DNA of 64,000 bases from Selaginella moellendorffii. Lineage: Eukaryota; Plantae; Lycopodiophyta. The stretch's first letter is position 1; each line of letters begins with the position of its first letter. Made by a program: the position numbers and the translations under genes. The stretch covers positions 4,856,418 to 4,920,417 of the forward strand of contig NW_003314261.1 in assembly GCF_000143415.4 (NCBI RefSeq). Reading direction: 5' to 3'. Of the stretch, positions 49,552-60,316 are shown piece after piece. Under the pieces are notes generated by a model. That model had not been told where the DNA came from, made no database searches, and saw nothing but the letters and a program-made list of their open reading frames with translations.

Positions 49552-52500
49552 TTAGCATATCCCTGGCTGCTCCAAAAACTGATTCTCGGAGCTGTGCAAT
49601 CCATTTGCTGGACCAGGCAAGCAAGAATCTAAAAGCCGCGTCCCCCTAAAACCTTCTTCAACGTGGCCCTGCTGTGGAGTCGAGAGCTCGTCTGCGAAAA
49701 CCATAGCGATGCAATCAGGCTGACATAAATAAACAAAGAAAGCATCGGCTTGCCTGCAATATCTCGATGTTCGTGTAGTCCGCTGTCCGAAACCCACAAC
49801 TGTGAATTTGGCAGAACACCCACGTCTGCGAGTGTAGTCGATTCGTCAGTAAGCTCCACTTTCCCAAAATGAACTTCCTGGTTTTCTTTCACAACCTTCA
49901 TCCAGGAAAAGAAAAGTGTTAGTTTAGCTGACGCGCTCAACGAAGTAACAGTACATACCCCGAGCCACTCCCAAATAAGCATCTTCAGCTGGTAGACCGT
50001 CGTGGTTCCAGAAACTGTGAGCTTCACTTGCTTGTTTCCGGTGGCCACAGTCCTGCGCGCACGCTTTGACGTTCTTCTCTCGGCGTCCTGGTTAGCCGCC
50101 GCAAAGACAAGAGAAGGAGGTGGCTCTTTCCCTTGGACAAGATCCACGGTGATAGTTGCATTGGTATAGTTAAGCTTGTGCACGAGTTCAGTAGTCTCCC
50201 GGTCGTCTATACACTCCCTGCAAACCTGTAATATAAAGCATTAGTAACGACAGCAAAATACTGGAACGGATTACCTCAGGTTCTGTTCTAAGAATAGGCA
50301 GTTTGAGTTCACTTAATTCTTTTTCTGGACGATCAGGCATTTGTGCTTCCTCAACATATGCTCGAATGCCCTTGCCAGCATTTGCATCCCACTGCTGACA
50401 AAAATAGACCCAATCATCTCGAGAGACCACAACTTGAACGTCATCCTTTACCAGATAACAGAAAGTCAGAGCTCAAAGTTCCCCAAGAAAAAACGGAAAA
50501 CTCACAGAAGATGCTTTTTGTACGAGTTCTCCCCGCCTGGTCCTTGTTAAGGCTGGGGGATTATAGAGAAGTCCACCATGCTGACCAAAATCACGTTAAA
50601 ATTTATGCTGACAATCGAGTCCAATTTACCTTGCAAAGAAGAGACGAAAGAAACCTTTCGAGTCCCACAGGCTCCTCGATATCTAGCACATTTTTCCCAC
50701 TGGCTCCGATGTACGCACGCCAGAGAGAAATCCAACTAGAGGGAACGAGGTAATAAACATCTCCGGGATTAAGTACGGGATTCCGTCCAGAAAATATTGC
50801 CTCCTGTTTCTGACGTTGTTCCATCTTTGTAGCTCTGAAAGATAGCATTAAGCATTTCGTTCTGATTCTGGAGAGGAAGCTACCTTAAGTCGTTCTGCCT
50901 GGACAGAGTGTGTGAGTGCTCGGCTTCGCAAATCTTGCAATTCTCCGTGTTTACAGGAAACGGCTTGTGTCCACGTTGTTCTTCTCCGCCAACAACAACA
51001 GCATTTTGGTAAAAGTAGGACCATAAAACCTCAGGCACGACTTGCCGTTTTGCACCCGCAGCGTCGTCAGGAAGCAATGCATTGTGACGACAAGTTATGG
51101 CACTTGTTGGATTTAAATCACCATCTCCTAGTGTGTCCAGGGCAGCCTTCTTGCGCATCCATTGCACGAGCCTTAATAACAAAACAAGTCAGCTATGAAA
51201 TAATGAAAAGGAAAGTTACCAGGATCTGGACACGTAAAACAAGTGACCTTCAACGCCCTTCCCAGCCATAACGTTTTCAGCCATTAATTTCATTGCTGCT
51301 CTTCCGCTTCGAAAGCTTTCTGCCGTAGCAGCAGCAGCAGCATCGGCATAAATACATTCGAAACAACAGCTTTCCATGGTTACAACTGGCTGGCCTCCAT
51401 ACTGCAACTCAAAATAAAAGTCCTTGTCAGAAATTCAAATAGGAAAAAGAAAACGCACCTTCGAATGCAAGCTCTGCCAAGCAGCATCGGATATGCATTT
51501 CATCAGTTGAATACTCTTGGGAGAAACACGTTCGTGTTCGCACAATAAGATGCTATTATCAATGGCCGATCTGTAACACCCGCAGAAAAACGTTTAAGAT
51601 AAAACCAACGAGGACAGAAAGGCTTACGGTGGTTTTAAGCTGTCAGTCCAATTGCGGAGCCACTCTGCGGAAATCCAGAAGCCTTTTGGAGCTGTCGGTC
51701 GTGCATTAGCCAGAACCTCTCGAACTTCTGCCCTTCTTTCGACAATTCTCTGTTCCTCCTCATCCTTCATGAGATTGTAAACCTCGCAGCTACTCATAAG
51801 ACTGTAATTCTGCTCATCGACTTCTGCCTTCAAGAACTCGGGTATACTCCTGACTGGTTCTTCGGCAACTCTCGGCGTGCTCGTTCGACGGGAAAACATT
51901 AGCATGTAAGCATCCGGAGACATCAGTAAATTGTCGTCCCTATCAGGAGATACCTTATCAAGTTTAGATGTTGGCTCTCCCAGAGGATTGGAGCCAAGCA
52001 TCGTTACCTCCTCGTCGTCGAACTGCCACCACTGCCCCGTTCTCTCGTCCCTGATATGTACTACGTAGTGTCCACTGCTGGCCATGTTGCCCTTGTGCAT
52101 TAAAATCGCAAAAAGATCGTAGTGCGCTGGCTCGCCGGGAGAGCCATCGGATGTCACAGGCGATACTCGTCGTTCCATGTCCAGGACCTTTGGAAACATA
52201 AATTTTGACGTGACTTTCTTCTTCGTCGAAGTCTGTAAAGAAGAACAATAAGTCACTGAACATAAAACCAAAGGAGAACGACATACCTTGAGATTGAACA
52301 CAAATCTCTTGAGCTGAAAATTCAAGACAGGAGGTAGTAATCTGAGCTTTGTGCTGTGCGTGGCATCCACTCTAGCTTTGCAGTACTCGCAAAAGTACTG
52401 ATTCTCTCCCGAAAGCTTCTCCTCGTTGAGATAATCATCCAGCGACTCTTCCAGACTCGAGAAGCCTTTTACGTTCACTTCTAACTCGTAGAAATCAACG

Positions 52501-53377
52501 AACTGATCCGAAGCGCCGGACTCCTTACCGCAGCTCGAGCACCTGAAAAACATGAAAGATACGAACGTAAGTCTTCATAGCACGAAACGCTAAGTGATAA
52601 AACCGTCCTACAGCACTACACTAAACAAAGAAATAAACCTGGATATAAAACAATGCGCACTTCGTAACGTATGAAAACGTCCCGCGGAAGAGGTTTTGCA
52701 CCACGTCTCGCGCCTCCGGAACTCTCGACTGCGCAAGAACTCGCTCCAGTAGCGTGAGGAGAAGCTTCAGAAACTCCTGCCCGTCCTGCTGGACGGCGTT
52801 GTCCAGCTCCAGCGTGGTCGCAAACGCAGCCGAGTCCACCGAGCTCTTGGTTCCCGAATGGAGCTGCGCAAAGAGCCGAGCGAGCTGGTGAAGCACCGGA
52901 TCGTTTCTCACCAGCTCCATCTCCGCGGAAAAGACCCCATTCCGGAAGGTGGTGTTCATGAAGAGACACTGGAGCACGCTGTTGACGTAGCAAGTGGCTC
53001 CAAGATTGGTCAACCCCGCTGGAATGTCCATCACCCTCAGCTCCCTCGATGGATCCGGACCCAGCTCGTCGATGATGTCCGATAGCTTCTGCCAGAGCCC
53101 ATGCTTTCTCGTACCGTTTGCCGGGGGAACTAAGCCACAGAGGCACAGCGGATTATCCTTGGTATTGCCGCGGCATCCCTGGCAGGCTGGCCGATCGAGA
53201 TGAAAGAACCACCGGAGATCTTCCTCGGTCACAATCTTCGTGAGGTGGATTCTCCTGGGAAGAAAGAATTCGTGAGCAACAAGAGCAGCACAAGAAAGCA
53301 ATGGCGCACCTGAGAATTTCGGCGCCGCGATCGCCCTTCGGCACCTTGGAATTCTTGTTGCGAGTGCGCCCGCTCAT
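49552..53377 (-). CDS. UBP26: Ubiquitin carboxyl-terminal hydrolase 26 (USP48-like) with DUSP and C-terminal UBL domains, multi-exon
   Basis: CRGNTKDNPLCLCGL, Cys box GLTNLGATCYVNSVLQC, QQDGQEFLKLL, His box LMHKGNMASSGHYV..WWQFDDE, TTVYQLKMLIWE, EEGFRGT. Confidence 0.93.
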
Positions 53378-53619
53378 GGCCGGCGCCTAGAAACCCTAGC
53401 TGCAAGCTCCTGGAATCCAAGAAAAAGGCCAGCAGCTCAAGCGACGCCCCTATGTGCCGGCATCCAATGCCACCGCCCGCCACAGCTAGACCGGAGAGAA
53501 ACGCAGCGCCGTTACCATAGCCAGCGCCATCGCCATGAAAACCCTAGGAACAGCCACGGATAGGCAATGCCCTCACAGGGTATTTGTATGCTACGGTTCG
53601 TGCCCAGTAAGCCACCGCC

Positions 53620-55284
53620 ATGTGTCCTCCAGGCATTTGGGCGGGAATCGAACCCAGCGGCAATCGTCCCGGGCGAACTCTCCCTCGCGCGCGAACGAAA
53701 GAGGCGATTAGAAGCCTCGACGATTGTGTGAGGCTCGCGAATTCGTGCCAGAGCTTGACACAAGCCATAGAGATCCACTCGGCGATGGCGTCGCTGGCGT
53801 CTAGCCCCAGCTCCTCCTCGCATTGCCCGATCTTTCTCGCCAACACCATCGTCCGGATGTACGGCGCGTGTGGCGCCGTGGATCACGCGCGGCGGGCGTT
53901 CGATTCCACCGCGCTCCGGAACTATCTCTCCTGGGCGATGATGCTCGCGGCATATGCCCGCAACGGGCATCTCTCCCACGCTGTTGCGCTGTTCGATTCC
54001 ATGCCCCAACAGCCCGACCTCGTCTCGTGGACCGTACTCCTCCAGGCCCAACTCGAGTACGGCAGCCTGGCCGCCGCGGCCGCGCTCATGGGCCGCATGC
54101 CCGGCTGGGACATCGTGACGTGGAATGCGATGCTCACGGCGCTCTGCCGGGAAGGGAATCTTAAAGATGCCAGGCAATTGTTCCACGCCATGCCTGAGTG
54201 GAATGTGATCTCGTGGACCGCACTCCAGTCGGGATATTCCCAGAACGGGCATCTGGAGGAATCTAGGCGCTTGTTTGACGAGATGCCACAGAGGAACATG
54301 GTATCTTGGAATGTGCTACTGTCGGCCTACTCCCAGGCCGGGAATCTAGAGCGCTGTAAGAGCGTCTTTGAGAATATCCCAGAGCTGTGCGTGGTCTCGT
54401 GGAATGCGATGCTCGCGGCATATACCCATGCTGGGCATTTGGAAGAAGCGAGATCCGTGTTTGATTCCATGCCCGAGAGGGACATAGTGACTTGGACGAC
54501 GCTGCTTTTTGCGTATGCCCTGGGCGGTCATGCCAACGAGGCAAGGAGCATCTTTGCCAAGATGCCCCAGCAGGATCTAATTTCTCGAAACACAATGCTC
54601 TTCGCATATTCCCAGGACGGGGACTTCCTCGCCGTGAAAGAGTTAGTGGAGGCAATGCCTGAGTGGAATCTTTTCTCGTGGAACACGATCCTTATGGCAT
54701 ATGCCCAAGACGGGCATATCCAGGAGCTCCAGAAATTCCTCTTCTTCCTCCCGGAGAAAAACTCCGTGTCTTGGACAATGGCGCTGGAAGCTCTCGTGCA
54801 ATCCCGGCGCCTGGATCGCGCGAAATCCCTCTTGCTCAGCGCCCCAGATCTCGACATCGCGGCCTGGAATGCCGTCCTCTTGGCGCTCGCCCAGTCGGGA
54901 AGATCATCCGATGTCGAGGATCTCTTGCGGGCGATGGAGCTCCAAGGAGAAATCCGGCCCAACGAGAGCACCTGCATTGCCAATCTCCTCGCCTGTGGCC
55001 ACTCCGGGAACCTGGAATCGGCGTGGCGATCATTCCGCGCTATGGCCGCGGATTGGGGATTGGAGCCAACACACCGCCGCTACTGCTGCGTGGTCGATCT
55101 TCTCGGCCGCGCAGGGCGCCTAGCGGATGCCGAGGATCTGATAGCAAGCATGCCATTCGTGCCAGACGCGATCGATTGGAAATCTCTAGCATGCCGAGGG
55201 CGCGAAGCAAGAACCCTAGATTCCGCGCGTCGGGCAATCCAGCTAGATCCCCAAAATGCGGCCACGTACCTTTTGAGGATATAA
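53620..55284 (+). CDS. PLS-class PPR protein with degenerate, shortened E domain; intronless
   Basis: PLS repeats, YCCVVDLLGRAG, MPFVPDAIDW, ends NAATYLLRI*. Confidence 0.9.
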   Translation: MCPPGIWAGIEPSGNRPGRTLPRARTKEAIRSLDDCVRLANSCQSLTQAIEIHSAMASLASSPSSSSHCPIFLANTIVRMYGACGAVDHARRAFDSTALRNYLSWAMMLAAYARNGHLSHAVALFDSMPQQPDLVSWTVLLQAQLEYGSLAAAAALMGRMPGWDIVTWNAMLTALCREGNLKDARQLFHAMPEWNVISWTALQSGYSQNGHLEESRRLFDEMPQRNMVSWNVLLSAYSQAGNLERCKSVFENIPELCVVSWNAMLAAYTHAGHLEEARSVFDSMPERDIVTWTTLLFAYALGGHANEARSIFAKMPQQDLISRNTMLFAYSQDGDFLAVKELVEAMPEWNLFSWNTILMAYAQDGHIQELQKFLFFLPEKNSVSWTMALEALVQSRRLDRAKSLLLSAPDLDIAAWNAVLLALAQSGRSSDVEDLLRAMELQGEIRPNESTCIANLLACGHSGNLESAWRSFRAMAADWGLEPTHRRYCCVVDLLGRAGRLADAEDLIASMPFVPDAIDWKSLACRGREARTLDSARRAIQLDPQNAATYLLRI

Positions 55285-55392
55285 GATCTCAGCCGTCCAG
55301 CTAGCAAAATGCGGCCACGTACCTTTTTTAGGATATAAGATCTCAGCCATCCACGGCCACGTACCTTTTGGATCATGAGATCTCAGCCGTCC
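55254..55392 (+). repeat. Three tandem copies (~40-53 bp) of the PPR stop-codon region
   Basis: cggccacgtacctttt...gatctcagcc(g/a)tcc occurs at about 55258, 55312 and 55353. Confidence 0.9.
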
Positions 55393-55491
55393 GTTGGCTC
55401 GAAAAAGATAATTTTAGACCCCACTAAAAGGTTATAAAGAGTGGAGAGATTCTAGGGTTCTTGGAGAGATTGATCCTGACGCTTCGAATCG

Positions 55492-58146
55492 ATGCTTCCA
55501 CTGCCACAACCGGTGGTGAGAGAGCATCCGCCATGGCTGGACGTGTTCTTGGCGCTCGATTTCCTAGCGCCGTGCCTGCGGCCGCGGCGAAATCACCACC
55601 ACGGCAAGGGCTTCAAGCGGGTCCAATCGGCGATGTGCCTGGGCTGCAAATCCCAGCTTTGCAATGTCGAGGATGATCGCCGGCGGCACGCTCCTCACGG
55701 CGTTGGAATCCTCGCAATGATCAAGAAGAACAAGCGAATGGTGGTGCCGCGGGAGGAAATCCAGCGCTTCTACAACGTCGCGCTAGTGGATAGTTGCCGC
55801 AGGATCGGTGAGAATTTGCTGCTGCTCCATCCCGATCCCTCGGCTAAGAACAGGTATCCGGCGTGCTACCTCTGCGGCCGGGGGATTTGGGAGAGATCCG
55901 CGAGCTACTGCTCCATCGAGTGCCAGGCCAAGCACTGGGCCGAGCACGACCGCGCCGACGCTGTTCTTCGCAGTCGCCAGTCCGCGATCAAGCTGTTTGG
56001 TGTCTCCATCACGCCCGGGGTGCCTCCTACCTATCCAGCCGCGGATCCGCCGCTCCTCCAGCTCCTTCCAGGAGGACCACCGATCATCTACAGGAAAGCC
56101 GGGAAGCCACCCAGGCCGAGGAAGAAAGTTCGCTTCGATCTTTTGGCACTGCCAGTGAAGCAACGTTTGGCTAGTCCGGGAGGTGGGATGAAGCGCTCGG
56201 AAATGGAGATGAGAGCTCCCGCAAAGAGAAGATTGGTGCTAGGGGAGTGCTCGAACGCGATGGGTCATACGCCAAGGACGATCGAGGCTCAAGCTCGGCC
56301 AGCCGCGAATATCTGTGTGGTGAATCGGACCTTCGTGGATAGAGCTATGAACTTGTTCCCCTCGACCGAAGATAGGGGTGATCACCAAGTTGTCACAGAC
56401 AAGGAAGACCAGCTTGTTACAAGGAACTTGCTGGCGAGCACTGACCATCAAGAAGAAAGGGTCGAAGCTCTCGGCTTGGAAAAGGTGGCAGACATTGGTG
56501 GTTCAAGACATGGTGTCGATCCGGCTCAAGAAGCTCCGGCCGCGGCTCCGAATGCTATCCAAGAAACGGGGACAAGTAAGGTGGTGGACGATTCTCTGGG
56601 AAGAATGGAAAAGGCCACTCAAGCTGAAGGACTACAGGAAGCTGGCATGACTGTTGCGGAGAAACGAACTCCAAAAGCAGGCCAAATGCTGGACAATGCA
56701 AGCAAGCGTGCTGCTCCAGAGATTCAAGCAGATCCAACAGCCGATGCACCAAACACGATCGCGGATGATCCAGGCAAGTCTGCTGCTATTACGGACGAAA
56801 CGAGCAAGGTGGTGGAGGATGGCACAACCACTGCTAAGAAGAGAAAATATCACAGAGCTTCAGACAAGGATAGCAAGGTGGTGGACGACACAATCCAGCG
56901 TGCCGCGAAGAAGAGAAAGGTTCCCTACGCTCCGATGGACGCTCCAAGTGCTGTCGAGAAGGATAAGGCTCCCGACGCTCCGAAGGGCGCTCCAAGTGCT
57001 CCTACGAAGAGAAAAGCTCCTGACGCTGCGATGGACGCTGCTAAGAAGAGAAAAGCTCCCATGGATTCTCCAAGTGCTGCTGAGAAGGATAAAGCTCCCG
57101 ACGCTCCGATGGATGCTCCTACGATGACAAAAGCTCCTGACGCTGCGATGGACGCTCCAAGTGCTGCTAAAGCTCCCGACGCTGCTCCAAGTAGAAAAGC
57201 TCCGACCAAAGCCGCCACTATCAAGTGTCCTTCTACGTGTTTCAAGGCTTCAGGCAGGGACAGTTCGGGAGACGATTCAACTACCAAGCGTGCTGCTGTT
57301 ACGACAGGAAAAGCTCTCGAGGCTCCAGCCAAAGATAGTTCGAGCAAGACGGTGGACGCGAGAGGAAAATCTCTCAGGATTCCAGGCAAGGAGGTGCACG
57401 ATACGACTATCAAGTCCGCTGCTACAAGAGCAATACCTCCCAAGGCTCCAGCTAGCCCGAGTAAGAACGATGCAAGCGCTGCCAAGACTAGAGGAACTAG
57501 CGCTTCACACAAGGATACGCCGAGAAAGGAGGTGCAGGATACGACTATCAAGTCCGCTGCTGCAAAACCACCCAAGGCTCCAGTGAAAGCTAGCCCGAGC
57601 AAGGTGGTGGATGAAGCAAGCGCTGCCAAGACCAGAGGAATAGCTTTCACTAGCGGTCCACACAGGGATACATCGACTAGAGGAAAAGCTCTCACTAGCG
57701 CTACGCCGAGCAAGGTGGTGGACAAGACTAGAGGAAAAGCTCTCACTAGCAGTCCACACAAGGATACGCCGAGCAAGGTGGTCTCGAAGCTGGATGCTAC
57801 TCGAGGAAGAGCTCCCGGCAGCGCTCCAGAGAAGGACTCGGTGGAAAGAGAACGGAGAGCTGTGAGGACGAGGAACCCGCCGCTTCGCTATGCAGACGAG
57901 AGCCAACAAAGCTACAGGGTGACGAAGCCTCCGACCATTCTCAAAGCTCGCGGAAGCCACAGGACGACGACGCCTTCTAGCCGCGGGAATGGAGGCCAGG
58001 GGAGTCACGATGGGATGCAGACCCTGTTCGAAGTCGCGAGAGTGATAGACGAAACGTATCAAAGGTTTGTGATATATCGACTTTGGTTTTACTCTTTGGC
58101 TCATGAATGCGTTGCTCACAGGATACAAGCGTCAGAAGGAAAATAG
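55492..58146 (+). CDS. Divergent PLATZ zinc-binding protein with KLFGV motif and a long Lys/Ala/Pro-rich repetitive tail
   Basis: PPWLDVFLALDFLAPC..CLGC..C..HAPH..VVPREEIQRFYNV..CYLC-x11-CSIEC matches the PLATZ layout; TATA at ~55433; possible in-frame 57-nt intron 58065-58121. Confidence 0.7.
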   Translation: MLPLPQPVVREHPPWLDVFLALDFLAPCLRPRRNHHHGKGFKRVQSAMCLGCKSQLCNVEDDRRRHAPHGVGILAMIKKNKRMVVPREEIQRFYNVALVDSCRRIGENLLLLHPDPSAKNRYPACYLCGRGIWERSASYCSIECQAKHWAEHDRADAVLRSRQSAIKLFGVSITPGVPPTYPAADPPLLQLLPGGPPIIYRKAGKPPRPRKKVRFDLLALPVKQRLASPGGGMKRSEMEMRAPAKRRLVLGECSNAMGHTPRTIEAQARPAANICVVNRTFVDRAMNLFPSTEDRGDHQVVTDKEDQLVTRNLLASTDHQEERVEALGLEKVADIGGSRHGVDPAQEAPAAAPNAIQETGTSKVVDDSLGRMEKATQAEGLQEAGMTVAEKRTPKAGQMLDNASKRAAPEIQADPTADAPNTIADDPGKSAAITDETSKVVEDGTTTAKKRKYHRASDKDSKVVDDTIQRAAKKRKVPYAPMDAPSAVEKDKAPDAPKGAPSAPTKRKAPDAAMDAAKKRKAPMDSPSAAEKDKAPDAPMDAPTMTKAPDAAMDAPSAAKAPDAAPSRKAPTKAATIKCPSTCFKASGRDSSGDDSTTKRAAVTTGKALEAPAKDSSSKTVDARGKSLRIPGKEVHDTTIKSAATRAIPPKAPASPSKNDASAAKTRGTSASHKDTPRKEVQDTTIKSAAAKPPKAPVKASPSKVVDEASAAKTRGIAFTSGPHRDTSTRGKALTSATPSKVVDKTRGKALTSSPHKDTPSKVVSKLDATRGRAPGSAPEKDSVERERRAVRTRNPPLRYADESQQSYRVTKPPTILKARGSHRTTTPSSRGNGGQGSHDGMQTLFEVARVIDETYQRFVIYRLWFYSLAHECVAHRIQASEGK

Positions 58147-58710
58147 ATTGCGTCATAGTGATACAAGAACATCGTTTTCTATCCTCTTTTTTTTCTTGCG
58201 AGATCCACGCCAAAGTCTTGCCGACGCGAAGATGACGATTTCGCTTCGTTCGGCTTTCGCTGTAAGATTTATATATATATATATATTCCTTGACGTCGAA
58301 AGCTCGCCATCTCTCCAAAAGCTTTTTCTAACACTTCAACTCTCGATCGAAAGAGATGGATGGATCGAACAAACTTTCACGTCTGGGGGACCCTCTACCA
58401 CAGATGCTTCGGCCAAACCCGGCCAAACAAACGCCTCACTCGTCTGCGAGAAGAAAACTCCAACAAGAAGAAGCTCCAAGGCCATGAAGCGAGATGGAAA
58501 GAAAAAAAAAATCAGTAGTAGTACACAAATACAAACCAACAACACTACAGACGCGGCAGGGGCTGCCTTGTTGTTGGGCGTTCTTCTTCTCGTTGCTAGC
58601 AAGCACTCTAGCAAAGATCCACACACAAAGCCCACGCGTAAAAAACCAAACGAGAGAAACCAAAAGCTTACGAAGAGGCTCCGAGCAAAGTCCCGAGATC
58701 TTGGTCGGAG

Positions 58711-59693
58711 CTAGAGGCCGGCCATGCTGCATCTCACAGTGGGGAGCCTTTGCTTGTCCGGGGCGTTGGATTGAGTAGCGCTGGTGACTCCACCGTCCAG
58801 GCCACATCCAATCTGGATGTGGAGGGGCCTCTCGATGTGGCTGCCGCTCACTTCCTTCTCCAGCCGGTTGCAGTAGCTCTCGAACACACTGACCGTGACT
58901 TGGAGCCGGAAGTTGAGGTGGAAGAGGAACTCGAGCTCCAGCCGGTTCATCTCTTGCGTGTTGACGCCCCCGACTTTGGCGTAGTAGGCGTTGTTGTAGT
59001 ATCTGCAAACGCAAATCCAAGGAACCATGGTTACAAAGTCACGATACCAAAAACCTTTCGGACATGGAAAGACCAAGAACAAGCGCTTCCAAGCCATGAA
59101 GGAAACAAAAGCAAAACTAAACGAAATGAAAGAAGCGAAAAGCTCCTATGACTGAAATCACCACCAAGGAAGAACTTGGATTCCACAAGAGAACTCCACA
59201 TCATGAAAGGAAGGCAAATGAAACAGCTTTGGACCAAAACCAAACAAGGCAAAAGAAAAAAAAAGAGAGAGTAGAACTTACGCGTCGTCCAGGAACTTTG
59301 CCGCTACCATGACGCTAGTGACGAGCAATCGATGGACGTTGAGCGAGGTGATGGGCAAGCTGGGCTTTTGCTGGATGAATCGATCGATGAAACGTAGGCG
59401 ACGACGAAGCACGAGGGGCTACAGTTCGCGTACTTGAAAATCCTCTCCAGATACTTGTCAATGCNNNNNNNNNNNNNNNNNNNNNNNNNNNNNNNNNNNN
59501 NNNNNNNNNNNNNNNNNNNNNNNNNNNNNNNNNNNNNNNNNNNNNNNNNNNNNNNNNNNNNNNNNNNNNNNNNNNNNNNNNNNNNNNNNNNNNNNNNNNN
59601 NNNNNNNNNNNNNNNNNNNACGTGATTTAGCTCGAGGCGCCTGTAGAGATCGGAGCCATGGTTTCCCCCATGCAGCAGGCACTCCCTCGCCAT
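58711..59693 (-). CDS. Cyclin U/P (PHO80-like), interrupted by an assembly gap and an apparent frameshift
   Basis: YLERIFKYANCSPSCFVVAYV, then in another frame IDRF...ITSLNVHRLLVTSVMVAAKFLDD, then YYNNAYYAKVGGV..EMNRLELEFLF. Confidence 0.88.
59465..59619. other. Assembly gap (N run)
   Basis: Run of n. Confidence 1.
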
Positions 59694-60162
59694 AGACAAA
59701 GAACCCCCGCCGCGCCGCGAGCAATGCAGGTCCTCTCAGCCTACAATCGAGCCGCCATAGCCCGCCGCTCGCCGCCCTATGCCGCAATCCCGGCGCTGGA
59801 GAGGCCCTTCCATCCCAGATCCGCCAGAATTCGAGCCTAGAGCGAAGTAATCACGGCTGGCGATCGCAATGCAGGCCCTGGAGCTCCGATCGCTGCCGGA
59901 GCTGGAAATCGCCTCGAATTCCCTGTGATACGCTCCAGCGAGGCCGCGCTTCCCTGTACTAAGCGTGAACTGAGCCCTAAGATATAATTTCTTTTTTTAC
60001 CCGAAAGGAGCCCTAAGATGATTTGCGCCGTTATTTACGTGCTACAATTCAAACGCAACGAGAGTGTGCCACGTGTTAACGTGCCCTAACTCCGTAACGG
60101 GCGGGTGGTTTGTTGTACGTCAAACTCACTAAAAACAAAAGCTCCAGGAATTGTTCAAAGTC

Positions 60163-60235
60163 GGGGGTGTAGCTCAGATGGTAGAGCGCTCGCTTTGCAT
60201 GCGAGAGGTACCGGGATCGATACCCGGCGTCTCCA
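60163..60235 (+). tRNA. tRNA-Ala (anticodon UGC)
   Basis: GGGGGTG/CGTCTCC acceptor with G3:U70, anticodon loop TT-TGC-AT, T loop GGATCGAT; oligo-T downstream. Confidence 0.93.
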
Positions 60236-60316
60236 TATAAACCATGATTTTGATTTTCTTCATTTAATAAAGTGTTTTGTTTTTCTTGTCCAAAAAAGAG
60301 TAGAAGTTTTTTAAAC

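Noticed and set aside
56925-57776. Hydrophobic 283-aa minus-strand ORF
   Set aside because: Antisense shadow of the Lys/Ala/Pro repeats in the PLATZ ORF
57855-57900. RRAVRTRNPPLRY resembling a copia integrase-RT linker motif
   Set aside because: No integrase, RT or LTR features nearby; the motif is too short to support a retroelement call
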